Shown piece by piece: positions 39,680-53,100 of a stretch of DNA of 64,000 nt. Positions within the stretch are counted from its first letter, which is position 1. Each line of letters opens with the position of its first letter. This DNA comes from Moniliella sp. 'wahieum'. Taxonomy: Eukaryota. The DNA is taken from contig RSEE01000123.1 of NCBI GenBank assembly GCA_003971905.1, positions 62,001 through 126,000 of the forward strand, read 5' to 3'. A program made the translations under genes and the position numbers. A model generated the notes under the pieces. The model ran no database searches. It was not told the DNA's origin and saw only the letters and a program-made list of their open reading frames with translations.

Positions 39680-42600
39680 CTAAGTGAGCCGCGAAACGAG
39701 GTAGCCCATCAAGGCCTGTTGCTCATCCGAAGAGACCTTGAGCAAGATCTGGACCAGTTGCCGACGAACCGTGGGCGAGTCGTCCTCCAGTCGCGCGAGC
39801 GAAGCGGCGTCCAAGCGCCACAGCACCGACTCCTCCACCGCCGTCACAGTCGCGTTCCGAGGCTGGTGGGACAAGAACGACGCCTCGCCCGCCACCGTGC
39901 CCGGCATCATTGTCTCGGACAAATCGAAGCCCTCCTGAGCAAAGGCAAACGACGCCTTGAGCACCCCGCGCTCAATCACGTACAGCCCATCCGCCTCGTC
40001 CCCAGGCTGCCACAACTGCGCCCCAGCACGCAACGAAATGCGTACAAAGTACGGTGCGATGGTGGCAAAGAAAGAAGAAGGTAGCGTGCCGTCTGCATAG
40101 CCACGGAAAGTGGTCAAGAGGAGTTGGTAGGGACCCTCCTTGGCACGGGCAAGATGCCGCTCGGCAGGAGGCGTGATCTTGGTCTCGGGAGCGACCAAAG
40201 GTTGCGTCTGGAGAGCAGTACGGGCAGCTTCGTGCAGCTGTCTGTTGCGAGGGGAGGTGGCCAGCTGGTCCGTCGGCACGGGCGAGGCGTGCGCATGGGC
40301 CGGGATGGGTTTGGGACTGGCTTCGAGTTCTCGCGTGTGGTGGAGAGGAATGGGGCATTGGCGGCACTTAAAATTGAGTTGTTGCCCACCGCGACCGAGG
40401 AGCGGTCAGCAAAGCCAGGTTGGTACAGTTGCAGTAGGTACTCGTTTTCCGTCCACTCGCGCGCCGAGTTGAGGTTGGCAAACACTTCTACCCTCGATTC
40501 TTGTTCGGCCCACATGCCAACACTCTGCAGTGCCACCCCCACTCACTATCCGGGGCAGCACCACAAAAGATCAGCACCACGTCTTTGGCCTCGAGCAGCC
40601 GCTGGATGCGGGTGAACGCCTCGGCCGCAGAAAAGTCGACGCCGCTGACAAGAGAGAACTGCACGGGAGAGGTGAGTCCTCTGTGGGATGCAAAGAAGAG
40701 TAAGAAGAGAGACTTACATCGACAATCAAGAACCGAATTGGGTTCTCGTCCCAGGCCGCAATGTCGAGCGCGCGACGGATTAGTTGCTCGACACCATTGA
40801 TTGTGCCAAAGAAGAGGAAGCCCTGCAGCTTCAGCACCTGCGTTTGTGACCCACCACATCGAGGAACCGGCGTTGGGTCATATGCCTCCGCACTGTCGAC
40901 CGCGCAATCGAGCCATCAAACACGGCCCGTACCGTGGTCCGACGCGAGTTTTGCACCACAAAGAAGCAACAGGCCAAAATGATACCTACCACCAGACCGT
41001 CCACAAAGTCACGCAGAGTCATAACAAAGATAATAACCAGGATGGTAAGGTACTCGCTTCGGTTGACCCGACCAATCGTGTCCCAAAGCGCCTCCTTGAC
41101 CAAATCGATGCCCAGCACAAAGATGAGCGCTGCAACGACCATGATTGGCAGATACCCAATCGCCGATGGTCCGGCCAAGAGAATTGCAAACGTGGCTGCG
41201 GCGAGCATGAACCCACTCAAACGGCTTCCGCCACCGACGCGGTAAAACAACAGACTGTTGACGTAGGTAATGTAGTTGGGCGGAGAAAAGAGGGCGCCAG
41301 CAGCCAGATTGCTAATTCCATGCCCAATCAACTCACGGTCCGTGTCCACATTGTCCTCGCCCGTGCTGATCGCGAGGGCGGGGATGTTGAGGGGCACGTG
41401 AAGGATGCCAAAGAAGGTCAAGGCAGCTTGGGTGGGCATGGTCGCCATCAGTGCCTTGCCGCTGACCTTACGGAAATCGATAAACGTGTAAAACCGATAA
41501 AACGGAGCATCGGCCGCCGACCCAATGTCAAACACCCATTGTTGCGCTTTGAGCGTGTCCATCGAGTAGCCAAGGCAGACCATGGTGACAAAGTAGAACA
41601 CGATAGGAATGGTAAAAAAGTAGATCGGGAAGATAAGAGGGCCATCGAACTTGTGCGTGATCACACGCAGGAGGACGGCTAAGCCCAATGGAATGCTCCA
41701 GAGAGCAACCACATGGCCCGACTGAAAGAAGAACCGAAGCGTCTAGGTTCCACTGGAACCCATCCTCACTTTTCAGTTGTCCGGCCACCTCAAACCCAGT
41801 CACCATCAGGAACACGCCCACCCCGCCAATCGCACCGACAAGCAAGTGACGAGGGATAAACTGGAGCAGCCGGCTCGTATGCAACCATCCCAAGAGCAGG
41901 AACGTGATTCCAATAAACACACTGGCCAAAGCAAATGCAACGATCACTGTGCTGATCACCGCTGCCTCGTCGTTGCCCAGCTCATTCATAATCGTCTTGC
42001 TCATAATCGCATAGAACGGTACCACTTCAATCATCATCGACCCATTTCCTCCGCCAAACGTGGATCCGCCCGCCGAATAGACAAGTTGGGAGGCAATGCA
42101 CGTGATGAAGAACATGGATACTCCGTCGCCACCAAAACTGCTAAAGATGGGGTAGGACGTAGGGAAGGTAATCATACCGTAACTGACACCATCCAGCACG
42201 TTCATCAGTACCCCAAGCAACACAGCAGGCAAGAGATGGATGGGCTCAGCGGCCGCGTGGCGGACATCGGACCAGGTTAGGTTGTGGGCCGAAGCCAGTG
42301 CCTTTTCCACCTTGGTCCGACCCGCATCGAGCCACGTCGGCACAGTTTCCGCCTCGGCCGTACTGGGGGGGGGGAAGGTTTCTGCATGGGGAGGCAGGAG
42401 AGAAGTGCGTTCTGCGCCTCGGTCGGGCGCATGCTCTTGCGGGGCCGAGACAGGATCCCCGATTCGTGCGCCCCCACCTCTTCCGGGAGATAAATCCCAC
42501 TGCTAGCCACCTCAATCTCTTCTTGCGCTTGGGCCAACGCACCAGCACCAAGAGCATGCGTGTTGATCCCTGACGCACCGCCATGGGCCGCATGAAGCGA

Positions 42601-43230
42601 GGCGATCGAAGCGCGCATCCGGCTCATGGATGCCCGAGGGGCCAAGTGCGGCTCGAATGCGGCCTTGGACGTAGCCCGCCGCTCGGGCACAAAGGGCGAG
42701 GCAGGGTCCAACGTTCCATATGAGACGGTTTCGGAGCGGCAAGATCAGGGGGGTTTCCTTCTCCCCGTCGGATTCGGTGTGGGAGCCTGTCGCACTGGGC
42801 GGAATGCCAGCCGGGAGGGATTGTTGGGCCTCCTGAGCAAGGCGAAGGGACAGGTTGCTGACGGGGGCGGCGGAAGCACTTGGATGGGAGGCGCAGAGAT
42901 CTGCGAGTCGCTGGACTCGTCCAGCTCGGCCTCTTCGTCCTCAATGGCCATGCCGGCCAGCTGGGAGGTGCGTTGGCGAATGTAGCTGTCGTCGGCGGTG
43001 TAGGATGCACCAAGATAGGCGGAGGGTGAGTTGGGGCGCACATGGAAGCTATCGCCGGGAACGGAGATGGCCGAGTAGCCGGCCGCCGAGGCGACCGCGT
43101 TGCGTGGCAGGGCTTCTACGTCCCTCGTCCGACGCACCGGGCGAGGTGCTGGAGCAAAGCGATAGGACCGGCCCTCGAGCTGCTCGGCGCGCAGAGGCGC
43201 AGGGGAGCGACCGCTCGCGGGAGACGCCAT
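39680..43230 (-). CDS. VSB1: SulP/SLC26 transporter with STAS and C-terminal cNMP-binding domain (Vsb1/YGR125W-like)
   Basis: LPAVLLGVLMNVLDGVSYGMITFP, GGNGSMMIEVVPF, FIPRHLLVGAIGGVGVFL, ALTFFGILHVPLNIPAL, DRELIGHGISN, NYITYVNSLLFYRVGG, STVRR, LKLQGFLFFGT, IRFLIVD|FSLVSGVDFSAAEAF, LNSAREWTENEYL, and cNMP domain LWQPGDEADGLYVIERGVL...PGTVAGE...PRNATV. Confidence 0.9.
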
Positions 43231-43751
43231 TGTGACGGTGCTGGGGCAGAGCAAGCCAGAAGGGTACCGGCGGGACCAGAAAGCAACCGCGAGAGGCAAC
43301 AAAGGTGGGGGTGGGAGTGATGGATAACGCCCGAATGGCCCCAGGAAACAGAGGCAGACCCAGGCAGTTAATTATTGAATTCTCGCTTCTCGTTCACACA
43401 TTATCGATCCCGCGCGCAGCCGAGCACTGCCCCCGTGGCTTGCCTTGCCGGGCTTGCAAATCCAAGATTTTTCTCAGACAAGTCGCATCAGGTCCAGCGC
43501 ACAGCTTCCCGCTCATCAGACAACCTCCACTGGACCAGCCGAACTGTCTCTGGACGCCGTTGCCCTGCCCTGCCCTACCCTCTTCACTATAGGGCCATGC
43601 AGGCCCACCAAAGCTAGTCCGCGGATGAGATAGACATTGAATACAGATGTTGGTAATCGAGAATCCAAGTTGCTCGTCGTGCCGTTGTATCATTTCCACA
43701 CCTCGGCGCGAGAACCGAGGCCCCGGGGGCGCGCCGACATGCCTCGTTTGC

Positions 43752-45081
43752 CTAATCTCTCTCGCGGCTGAAGACGAGCCAACGCGTATCGGGCCACCAT
43801 TCACGCTGGACATTGTCAACTGGCAGGACACCGTCGTCGGTCAGTCCTTCGTCGTCGCTTACACGCGGGTCCCAAGGTAGCGTGCGAGGGTAGATGCCTT
43901 GCAGCCCGACGCCACCGGCAGGACACCAATCCAGCAGTTCGGCGATCTCTGGGGCGGAACCAAGATAGGCCGATTGCCTTGCAGGGCTGCGGGCTTGTCG
44001 GTGGGCCTGGACAGAGAGACAAGGAAGGCATTGATGAGCGGATTTGAACTGATGGTAAAAGGAGGTGGGCGGACGTACCAGAAGAACACCATGACAGCCG
44101 TACATGTCTTTATCGAACAGGGATATTCGTCATCCACCTCGTGATGAGACTGTGAATTGCGACGGGGAGCTATCCCGACAAAGACAAACTGTTTCATCGC
44201 GCCCCCCACATGACGCAGGGGCCACCGGATCGCTTTGGTATGCAGCTTCTCGAACCGGTCCTTGAGCACCGCGCGAGCGACGACTGTGATCGGGGGTAGT
44301 GATTGGTCATCTGGCGGAAGCGGACAATCGAGTAGAGCAGATTCTCGTACGTGTCCAAGGCGTATGGCTCGGTTGTCATTCGCAACGAGGCAAGATGCGT
44401 CCTGTTTTGGGCGGCGGGCTCCGTGGCACGGGGACCGGCACGAGCGGGAAGCGCGTTGTCGAGGCTGGGGAGCACGGCGGTGCTCTGCAAGGCCAATTGT
44501 AAGAACCCTCTGCTTCGGTCGTGGGATGGGCATGAGGCCGGAAGCGGCCGCCGCTAAAAACGAGCAGCGCGTTGGGGTCCTGATTGGCAATGTCGATCCC
44601 GCGTTCAATATGGTCCCAGTACTGGGCGGGGTCGCCGCCGGCCTGGTCTGTGATCCAGTTGTGGCGCAAGCGGTGGCCGGAAAACGCGGGGCCGGTCCAC
44701 AGCGCTTCGCTTACGACGACCACAGGTGGTCCAGGCCGGCTGTGCCGGGGGTGGGTGGGGGCGCGTGCGCCACGGCACTCGGCCGGGCGCGGGCAGAAGC
44801 GGTTAGGGACGGAGGGGCGGAGGGGGGCGTGGGGAGCGGGGCCAGGTAGGCGTGCCAGGCCAGGGAGAGCACAGCGAGCACGGCGACGAGCAGAAGCGCC
44901 AGGGCGGCTCTGGCCAGGGGGGGCGGCCGAGGCGGGCACGCCATCCGCGCTGGGGCCGGGAGGGTGGAAGACGGAGGCGTGGCGCGGGGGGCGCGGGCGG
45001 GGCGGCCGAGGAGGCGGACGAGGGGGCGGACGCGGGGGCGGTGACGGCGCGGCGGCTGGTGCGCTCAAAGGGAAGCGCCAT
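43752..45081 (-). CDS. YOR238W/DUF218-like protein with N-terminal TM anchor, frameshifted
   Basis: TM LALLLVAVLAVLSLAW, then LDHL..., HIERGIDIANQDPNALLVFSGG, TTEAE, EPYALDTYENLLYSIVRFRQMTNHYP, RFEKLHTKAIRWP, DMYGCHG.L, APEIAELLDWCP...YP..LPW. Confidence 0.75.
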
Positions 45082-45466
45082 GGCGGCGGCGGCGCTGTCG
45101 GCGGCCGGCAGAGGCAGGCGGAGCGTTGAGACTCAGCCCGGCGGCCTCGTCGGTCTGCTGGGCGGCCGCACGTGACGTCCCCGCAGTGCGTCACGCGTCA
45201 GTGCGGCGCTGCGCGGAGAGCATTTGAGTCCGCCGCCGCGGAACGCCGCGGAGCTGAGCACCGGATGACGTAACGGGCTGGGTGCGACCTCGACCTCGAG
45301 CCGGTCGATGGTCGGTGCAAAGCACGTCACCCAGCCATCGACCGGCGGAATTCGGCCCGCCTGGGCGGAGTTGGTGGGATGGGGGGCTGGAAGTGTAGCT
45401 GCAGAGACAAAGGTCCCACCACCGATCCACCTACACCTCCTCCGCCAGCCAGCAAGCCCCGCCCCC

Positions 45467-46386
45467 ATGTCTGTCAATCATTTCGGACGAGACATCCCCA
45501 TCTCTCCGTCCCCCTCCCCGCCCCCACCGCAGGGTGCGCCCGCGCCCGCCCCGCCCCACCATCCCTCGGCTCCTCCCCCGCCCCCGTCGCCCATGAGCCT
45601 CCACCCGATGCGGACGAGGTGGTGCGGGCCCAACTCGAGTCGAATGTTCGCAAGGTACTCGGCCAGTTATTTGACATTGCTTCCTATGTCACAGACGTGC
45701 CCCAAGGCGGGACGAGGACGGGTGGAACGGCGTGTGTACGTGATTTGGCTGTCTTGCTTGTGCTCCCTTAGGGGTCCAAAGACGATCCCGCTACTGACGT
45801 TCGTTCTCTGCTATGCCATGCGATGCCATACCATACCATTCCATACCTTATCGCACCGTACCATACTATTCGCACTTGTTCTTGGACTCTATCGCCTGCT
45901 CTCCCACTTCCAGACAAGATACCATTCGTTCGCTCGATGCGATGATGAACTTGGCGCCCCGTGTCACCCACCAAATTCCCGAGGACGTGGTCGAGTACGT
46001 TGTTGGCCTGCCGACCGGACATGCCATCCCAACCCTCTAGCCTTCCCTTAGACTGACCGTTTCCTTTTTCCTCTCTGCCCAGACTCATCGACACGGGTAG
46101 GAACCCTGACCAACATACCCGGCAAAACCTCACTCGCTTGGCCAATGACAACCAACAGATGCTAGGCCAAAACATGGCGCTGGGAGTACGTACCGGGTGC
46201 CTCCTTTACCTTGCTCTCTCCTCTCTCCCCACTAACCCCACTACGTTCCTCCTTGTCTTGTGTGCAGGAGTACGCGAACAACTGCAGGCGGCGTTGGAGC
46301 GCAGCTTCCCCGAGCTGGATGCGTTGCTGGACCCTGGGCACGGCTCGGAACAGGGAGGTGTGGAGCTGAGGCATCCTGACGCCTGA
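45467..46386 (+). CDS. MED10: Mediator subunit Med10 (Nut2), 3 introns
   Basis: LESNVRKVLGQLFDIASYVTD, QIPEDVVE|LIDTGRNPDQHTRQNLTRLANDNQQMLGQ, EQLQAALERSFPEL match the Med10 pattern IP.E.I.YID.GRNPD.YTR.......NQ...G. Confidence 0.88.
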
Positions 46387-47172
46387 AGCCATAAGCCTGA
46401 AGCCCGAGTCTGTATGTCCATGCATCGGACCAATAAACCACACCAATATACCCGCCGTCCACGATGATGATTTTCTAGTTTTGTTCTCTGTCGCGTATGG
46501 CCTGTACATGCCCCTGTCCACTACGTTGCTTTTCCCCAGTTGCATGGCTCTGTAGAATGCACCTCGTTTTCAGATGCCTACTGAATGGCAAGAGGGTTGA
46601 GAGTTGAGGCGTTGAGGATGCGAGCGCGGACTCCAAACCGTAGGTGAGGGAGGTTCTGTCGTGAGCTGGCGCTACTGGAAGGACCATCTATCTGAGATCT
46701 GATCGATCGATCAAAGGCCTTTGAAATCTCATCTTCCCAAAGAACGGATGGGGGATGGATGATGGTGATGATGGATGATGGATGATGCACGTGCCTCGTC
46801 TCGGGGCTGCACAAGTTGAAATGTTTTCTTGGGAATGTCCGCGCTGGGCTGCTGGACCCCCCAGCAGGACCGACCTTCCCCTTCACTCATCCTCCTCCTT
46901 ATCGTCCTGGGTTCAACGGCTCATCCTTCATCCTTCAGCCCCTTCATCGTTCCTCTCTTCCTGCTTCATCTTCCAGCCTTCATCCTCTCCATCCCTCCCT
47001 CCATAACCCCCCCTCACCAGCAGCGACCCGCTCCATCCTCATCCACCACTCCTTTTGCACCCACGCTGCTGATGCTTATTGCGTCACTTCTGCATCTGCC
47101 TCTGCCTCCGCCTCCTTTGTCCTGACTCCAGCACTCTCTCCGTCTTCGCCTCCTTTCTGTTGACTTGGGACC

Positions 47173-50100
47173 ATGAATAACACCAACTATCCCCCCAGCT
47201 TTGCCGGCCTTTCGGGTTTCCCGGTGCCTCTCGCGTTCCGGCGTTCCCGGTCTTGCTGGTGGTTCCGGGCTGCTCCGGGTGGGTACGGTGGACTAGGAGC
47301 GCAAGGTTTAGCCTCGCACCCGTACCCTCAACCGCTGCCCCAGCCCCGCTTCCTCTTCGGATGCCACCGCTTCCAATCTCGGACCGATGACGCCCATTGT
47401 CTTCCCGCCGGGTCATCTCCCGCACGCCTGGCCGCCACTCGACCTCGCACCTCACTCTGCCGCCCTCCGCCCCATGGGACCTGGTCTTTGGCCCCCGCCC
47501 CCTTGGATCAATTCTCCGTTTGCGTCCACGGCCGGTAACCTCCCAGTAGCCTTCCCACTCAGGGGAGTGCGAACCAGGCAGGCGCGATCCCGCCTGAGCG
47601 CCCTTTGGTCGAACCTGTCCATCCATCCTCTCACACGCACCCCTTTTCCTCGTCCTGTTGCCTCCAGACGTGGACAGACAAAGGGGAGTGCCCCATCTGA
47701 CACCACACAGGTACAAGCGCAGCCATATCCACCTTCACTTCTCCACGCACCCCCACAAAATCCCCTTGCCTTCCCATTAACGGGAACCCTTTCTGATCCC
47801 TCGCCTACGTGGAATCCTTTCCTGGCGACGGGCCCCTCCTCACTCCAGGGTGCTGCGCCCCCGTTGTTCCCACCCACTCAGATTGCTCAGCCCACCCAGC
47901 CCACCCAATCTCACCCACCGCAACAGGGGACGTACGCACCCACGTTCCAGCTCCCTCAGGGCAGATCGCCAGTCCCTTTGCGTTTGCACCGCAGACTACT
48001 GGGTCACTTGCCAGCGCTGCACCAGCGCCATCACCGGCACTAGCGCCAGGACCAGTGCCAGCCCTGCCACCGACGCCTGGACCAGGACCAGCCTTACCAC
48101 CGGCGCCAGGGCCAGCACCAGCCCTACCACCGGCGCCTCTCCCACTTGGCACCAACCGGGAGTGCAGACTGGATGGCTACCACATGGGGCTCAACAGCGC
48201 GCAGACGTGCGGCCGATGTTGGCCCGGCGAGCATGCGCCCTGGTGAAGGGGCAAGTCGCCTGGTCCGCCGGTGCCGCCGTCCTCGGCTGGCTTGGCGGGC
48301 GTAGCTGTGGATGGGACGGCGATTGGGACCAACACCATGGTAGTCGTGCATCACGTGACAGAAGCGAGGGGGTGCTTACTTTTGCTGACCGACAGACGCG
48401 CTGACCGTGGCGGAGCCTCTCCAGACCCCCGCCCGCCGCATCCAGCTCGCCGCCCCGCCTGCAGGCCATCCCACGACCGCACCACCACCCCCGTTCCCCC
48501 AATCACGTCTCCGCGCCTCCCGTGCCCACCCCCACCCCCGCCCCCGCATGCCTCCCGCGCCAAGCGTCCCAAAACACAGCCCCCCGCTGCCTCCCCCGCC
48601 TTCCTCTTCTGCGCCGCCGCAGCACAGCACACCCGTCGCCGGCGTTCCCACCCCCCCCCCCCCCCCGCAAGATCATCCTCAAGCTGCCCTCGCGCCCACG
48701 CCCCCTGCCCCAGCAGCCCCCTCTGCCGCCCCCTCCACTGCACCTTCCGCACCTCCCGCTCTCCCGGCGGCAGCATCGCCTGTCCACGCCATATCTTCCG
48801 ACTCAACCGCAGTCGACGCTATTTCCAGCTCCTTCCGCCCAGACTCAGACCGTCTCTCCTCTGCTCCGCACCCGGGCAGCACGGCGCAGCCCTTACCTCC
48901 GCTGCCGCTTCTGCTCGAATCGGTATTTGAGGCAGAGGATGAGATGCCCGTCCTTGATGGAACGACAGCAGTGGATGCCGGTTGGCGGAACGAGTATTTC
49001 CAAGTGGATCAAGGCGACCGTGTTGTTCTCAATGAGGGCACTTTGAGCCGCCTCTTGCAGCTCATCCCGCTACAAACACCGCCCATCCTGCTTCTCCTGT
49101 CCACCAAGGTCACGCCAAGTGGCATGAATGCTCCTTCGTCCAAGTATGACCTGGACCACCAACAGCTCACTCGTCTGCTCCGCATCCTCGCGCAAACTGC
49201 TTCTGCCTCCGAGGGGGTGACGCCCATCCCATCCTCTCCTCAACCGCCCAAGTCGGCGTCCAAGAAGAAGCGCAAGGCCTCCGACCGCGACGCGGAACGA
49301 GACGAGGAAGGTACACTGGAAGACCAATCCAGTTCGCTCAGCTAGCTCAATTGTTCGAGCCACCCTGGCAGCTCAGTGCATCTTTGCGATCCTGAGCACC
49401 GCCGATGCTCCCAAGGCACTCCTCAGTGAAGATGCCGTCCAGGCTGGCTTGACTGCCTTAAAGGCCTGTGCCGATGGCATCCTGGTGCCCTTTGTCGAGG
49501 CCATCTCGGACCGGGTGAGACACACCAGGGCATCCTAACCTCCATTGCCCTTGCTCCCCTGGGAAAAAAGCCGTCAAGAACGGTTGTGTCTCTTGGGCCG
49601 GAGGCGACGGCCGCGTGGAAGTGGTCTCTCTCCTAGCCAAGTCGTTCGTGCGTGCACGGCGGCCCTCATCGCTTTGAGTGCTTGTGTGCAACGGGGAACG
49701 TTGCTCTGTCCGAGACAATCATCATCTCACTCTTCTATCTCTTGCTCAAGCTGCTCTTTCTCTCGGAACCCGAGGGATTGGCTGTCTCAAACGCTGGCCC
49801 TGGCCGCCTTGTTGCCTTATGGCATGCAGTCGACGAGATACCGGCCAAGGCCCGTATTATCCCCACCATGCGCACGCCTGCATCGCACTCATATGCTTCT
49901 TGTACGCCCACAATCCCGACCAGCGTACCTGGATCTTAGAGGAGATCCTCTCCAATTTGATCCACTTGCCCGACATGCGCGCCCGACGTAAGCCCACGCT
50001 CTTTCGAATGGATCCAAGGCACATCCTATCAGTGTGCTATTGGTGCCCTCCTCCAATGTGCCGAAGTGCCTTTGAAAAAGAACCCTCCTCTCCCGCCGCC

Positions 50101-53100
50101 CGCCGCTCAAACCGACCTCGACCACAACATCGATCTCGACATGGATGATGCCTGTCGGACACCTGCAGCAGTCTTAGTGACCTCCCACAGGACTTCCCGG
50201 ACATGCTCGATTCCAAGTCGAAACCAAAGCATTCCCATGTAAATGAAGGATCGGGGATCGAAGGTGCGATTGCGGCGGCGGGAATCATCGTCTCGTTCTT
50301 AATCAACAAGTGCGTCTCTTGGTTGCTATTTTGTGTGAGTGTGCCGAAACGAACTAACCCTCCATTCGCTTGGGTCCGCTCTCTAGATTGGTGAGTCAAC
50401 CTAAGATCAACAAGAGTGCCCACGAGTTTGGTTACAGCATGATCATCGAGACTTTGGTGGCGGATTGGGTGCCATGCTCTTCCTCCCTGAATGGCCTGCG
50501 GTCATATCCTCCTCACGCGCTTGGTCGCTGGTATCCTCAAGCTTTTGGACGGGGGCGCCCCCACGGATGTGCGCGGGGCGGATGCAGCGGAACACCTTGG
50601 TGCGATTGCTACGGCACTGCGTTGGCCGAATTGGAAGTCAAGGCGGTCAAGTTACCCCATGCACGGTTCACTGCATCTTGGACGGCAGAGCAGGTAGCCA
50701 CTGTTTGGATGGGTACATCCAAACCTCCCAATCCCTCCAAGGCAAAAACAATAGGGTTGATGACGCTAATGCTCAAGCCATCGCACTCCAGCTGGCTTTT
50801 GGAAGGAGCGGGCGCTGAGCGAACTGGCGCACATGCGTAAGGTGGTTTCTGAGTCGTCGATGGATTTGGATGTGGTCAATGACGTAGAGGCGGCAAGCGG
50901 CACTTGATACGGCACAACAGCGTCCTGGGCGGGGTGAACGTTGATCCCGCCCCTATGAACAGCGGGGGACAACCTCACGATCAAGATGTCACCCTCACAA
51001 GTCCTACCTTTGCCACGTTTGCTGCTATTAAGCTTGGTCTCCTCCGTGCCTTGGATGACAAGAGCATACCCGCCAACGGGCGCTCCGGGTGATCAACTCT
51101 ATTCGCTGTAGACCCTTCCTTGTTGGACGATTCGACGGTGCGGACGACGGTGGAGGTACGAATGGTGATGGAAGTGCATAGGTGCGTGAACAGGCCATCA
51201 AAATCCTGGGCGACTACCTTTGCAAGACCTCAGCACATCCTCAGTACCTCGACTCGATCTCTCCGCTTGTCGGACAGTGCGGTGAGCGTGCGCAAGCGCG
51301 TGGTGCGCATCCTTACTGGATTTTACGCGTGCTTGACCGATGCGCGACCAAGGCACAGTGTGCGTCACAGTCGTTCGTGCCATTGCGTACGATAGTCCGT
51401 TCATGAACTGTACTCGACGCTCTGGGCGAAATGTGGTTCGGCATGTCCCTTGTTCGTGAGAAGACTTGCCTCCCTCAGTCGGTAGCGGCCCAGTCACCTT
51501 CCACCCTCCGTCGCCCACACGGCCTGCTCTCCTCCCTTCGTCCGCACAGGCAAGTATTGAGCCAGGTCCCTTCTCAGCTCCTGATTCGCACCCGCTACAA
51601 CGCGTCTCTTGCCCACCATGCTCCCATCATTTGCTCGTCGCACATGAGCTGCGGGAACGACCATCACCATTAGAAGAGGTGTTCAAAGCTGTCCGTCGAC
51701 GAGCCAGCCCGTCAAATCGTGTTCTGCTCGATGTCAAATTACGCGGATTGGTGGAGGCGTTGTTCGGATGCTCCCCTCATCACGGGCGACGCTGCGCCCG
51801 CGACGGATGAGGTGCAGGATACACTCGATTGCTAAAGGTGATCCATGCTGTTTGTCTGGCGTATCCCGGCGCAGTCTCAGTGGCGACTGCCCAGACGCTA
51901 TTGCCTTTCTTGACCAGTTGCAAACCACCTGATGATCTGTTCCGGATGGAGATGGTGCTGCGGATTTTATCGATCTGCATCCCCTGCCTTCCCGCACTTT
52001 GACTGGGTTCAATGAGCAACTGCAAAAGCTGCTTACTGGGCTCGTCAACCGCCCCCCACCCATTTCACCAGCTTCAGCAGTAATTCAAGAATTGATCGCT
52101 TGCTTCTGTGCTTCCTCCCTCCACCTCTCGCTTGACTACAAAATTGTGGTGCGCACACTTGTGGCTTGTGTCCTGCGTATGCGCGATGTGGTGGCCAAAA
52201 TGACGGCCCCGCGGCCTGCGACGCCCCTGCGCTCACCAATGAAGAACAACTCGGTGTGGCCGATCGCCCTAAACGCTGGTGGTGGCGATGAGCTCCCTGT
52301 TGTGCGAGCACACCGATTTTGACCAGCTTCGCAACGAGCATGCCGACTTGGCTCCCTTGTTCGACAAAATAGGAGGCACCTCGATCCTAGGCACGTGTAC
52401 AGCCTGCTGTTGCGCTTGTACCGTTCGCCCTGGCCTGTGTGGCAATTGGCTGCACTCCAAAACATGGGGCTGTTGTTGCGCACGTATGCTTCCCTCTGGA
52501 CCCAAGCTCCGACCGAGGCCGTCATGGACCACATTTTCGCAAGTGACAATGCGCGGCAAAAGGAGTATCTCCTTCGCATTCTCGCCGAGTTTTTGGGAAA
52601 GAGCACCGTCGGCAGGCGGATGCGAACGATGAGCAGCGCGCCGTCGACTCGACCGTCGATGCGGAAGGCAAAGTGGACATGGCTCAGTTTGGTGGGGAAC
52701 ACCGAGTCCTTTGCCGAATCGAGCATTAGTACCCAGATCGTCCAGCGCTACCTCGATCCCATTCTGGAGGCGGCCGTGATTGTTTCGGCTCCGTTGCTGC
52801 AACGCTTTGCGATGGACATTTTGGATCATACGTCAAACGCGGTCTGTCCCATCCGCTGCACTGCGTCGTCACCCTCATTGCCGTTGAGACGTCCCCAGAT
52901 CGCCGCCTGGCCGCAAAGGCGCTCGAGCTCCACACGCTCCTTGCCACCAAACACGCATCGATCATGGCGGTGCGGTACCTTGAGAACGCCCGGGCTGCGT
53001 TCGAGTATCAGCGCAAGATCCACCCATCCGAGCGGGCCGTACGTGGCCACGTGGTGCAGGGAACGGGAGGCGGCGGGTTTGTAGGGGATGGATGTGTGAC

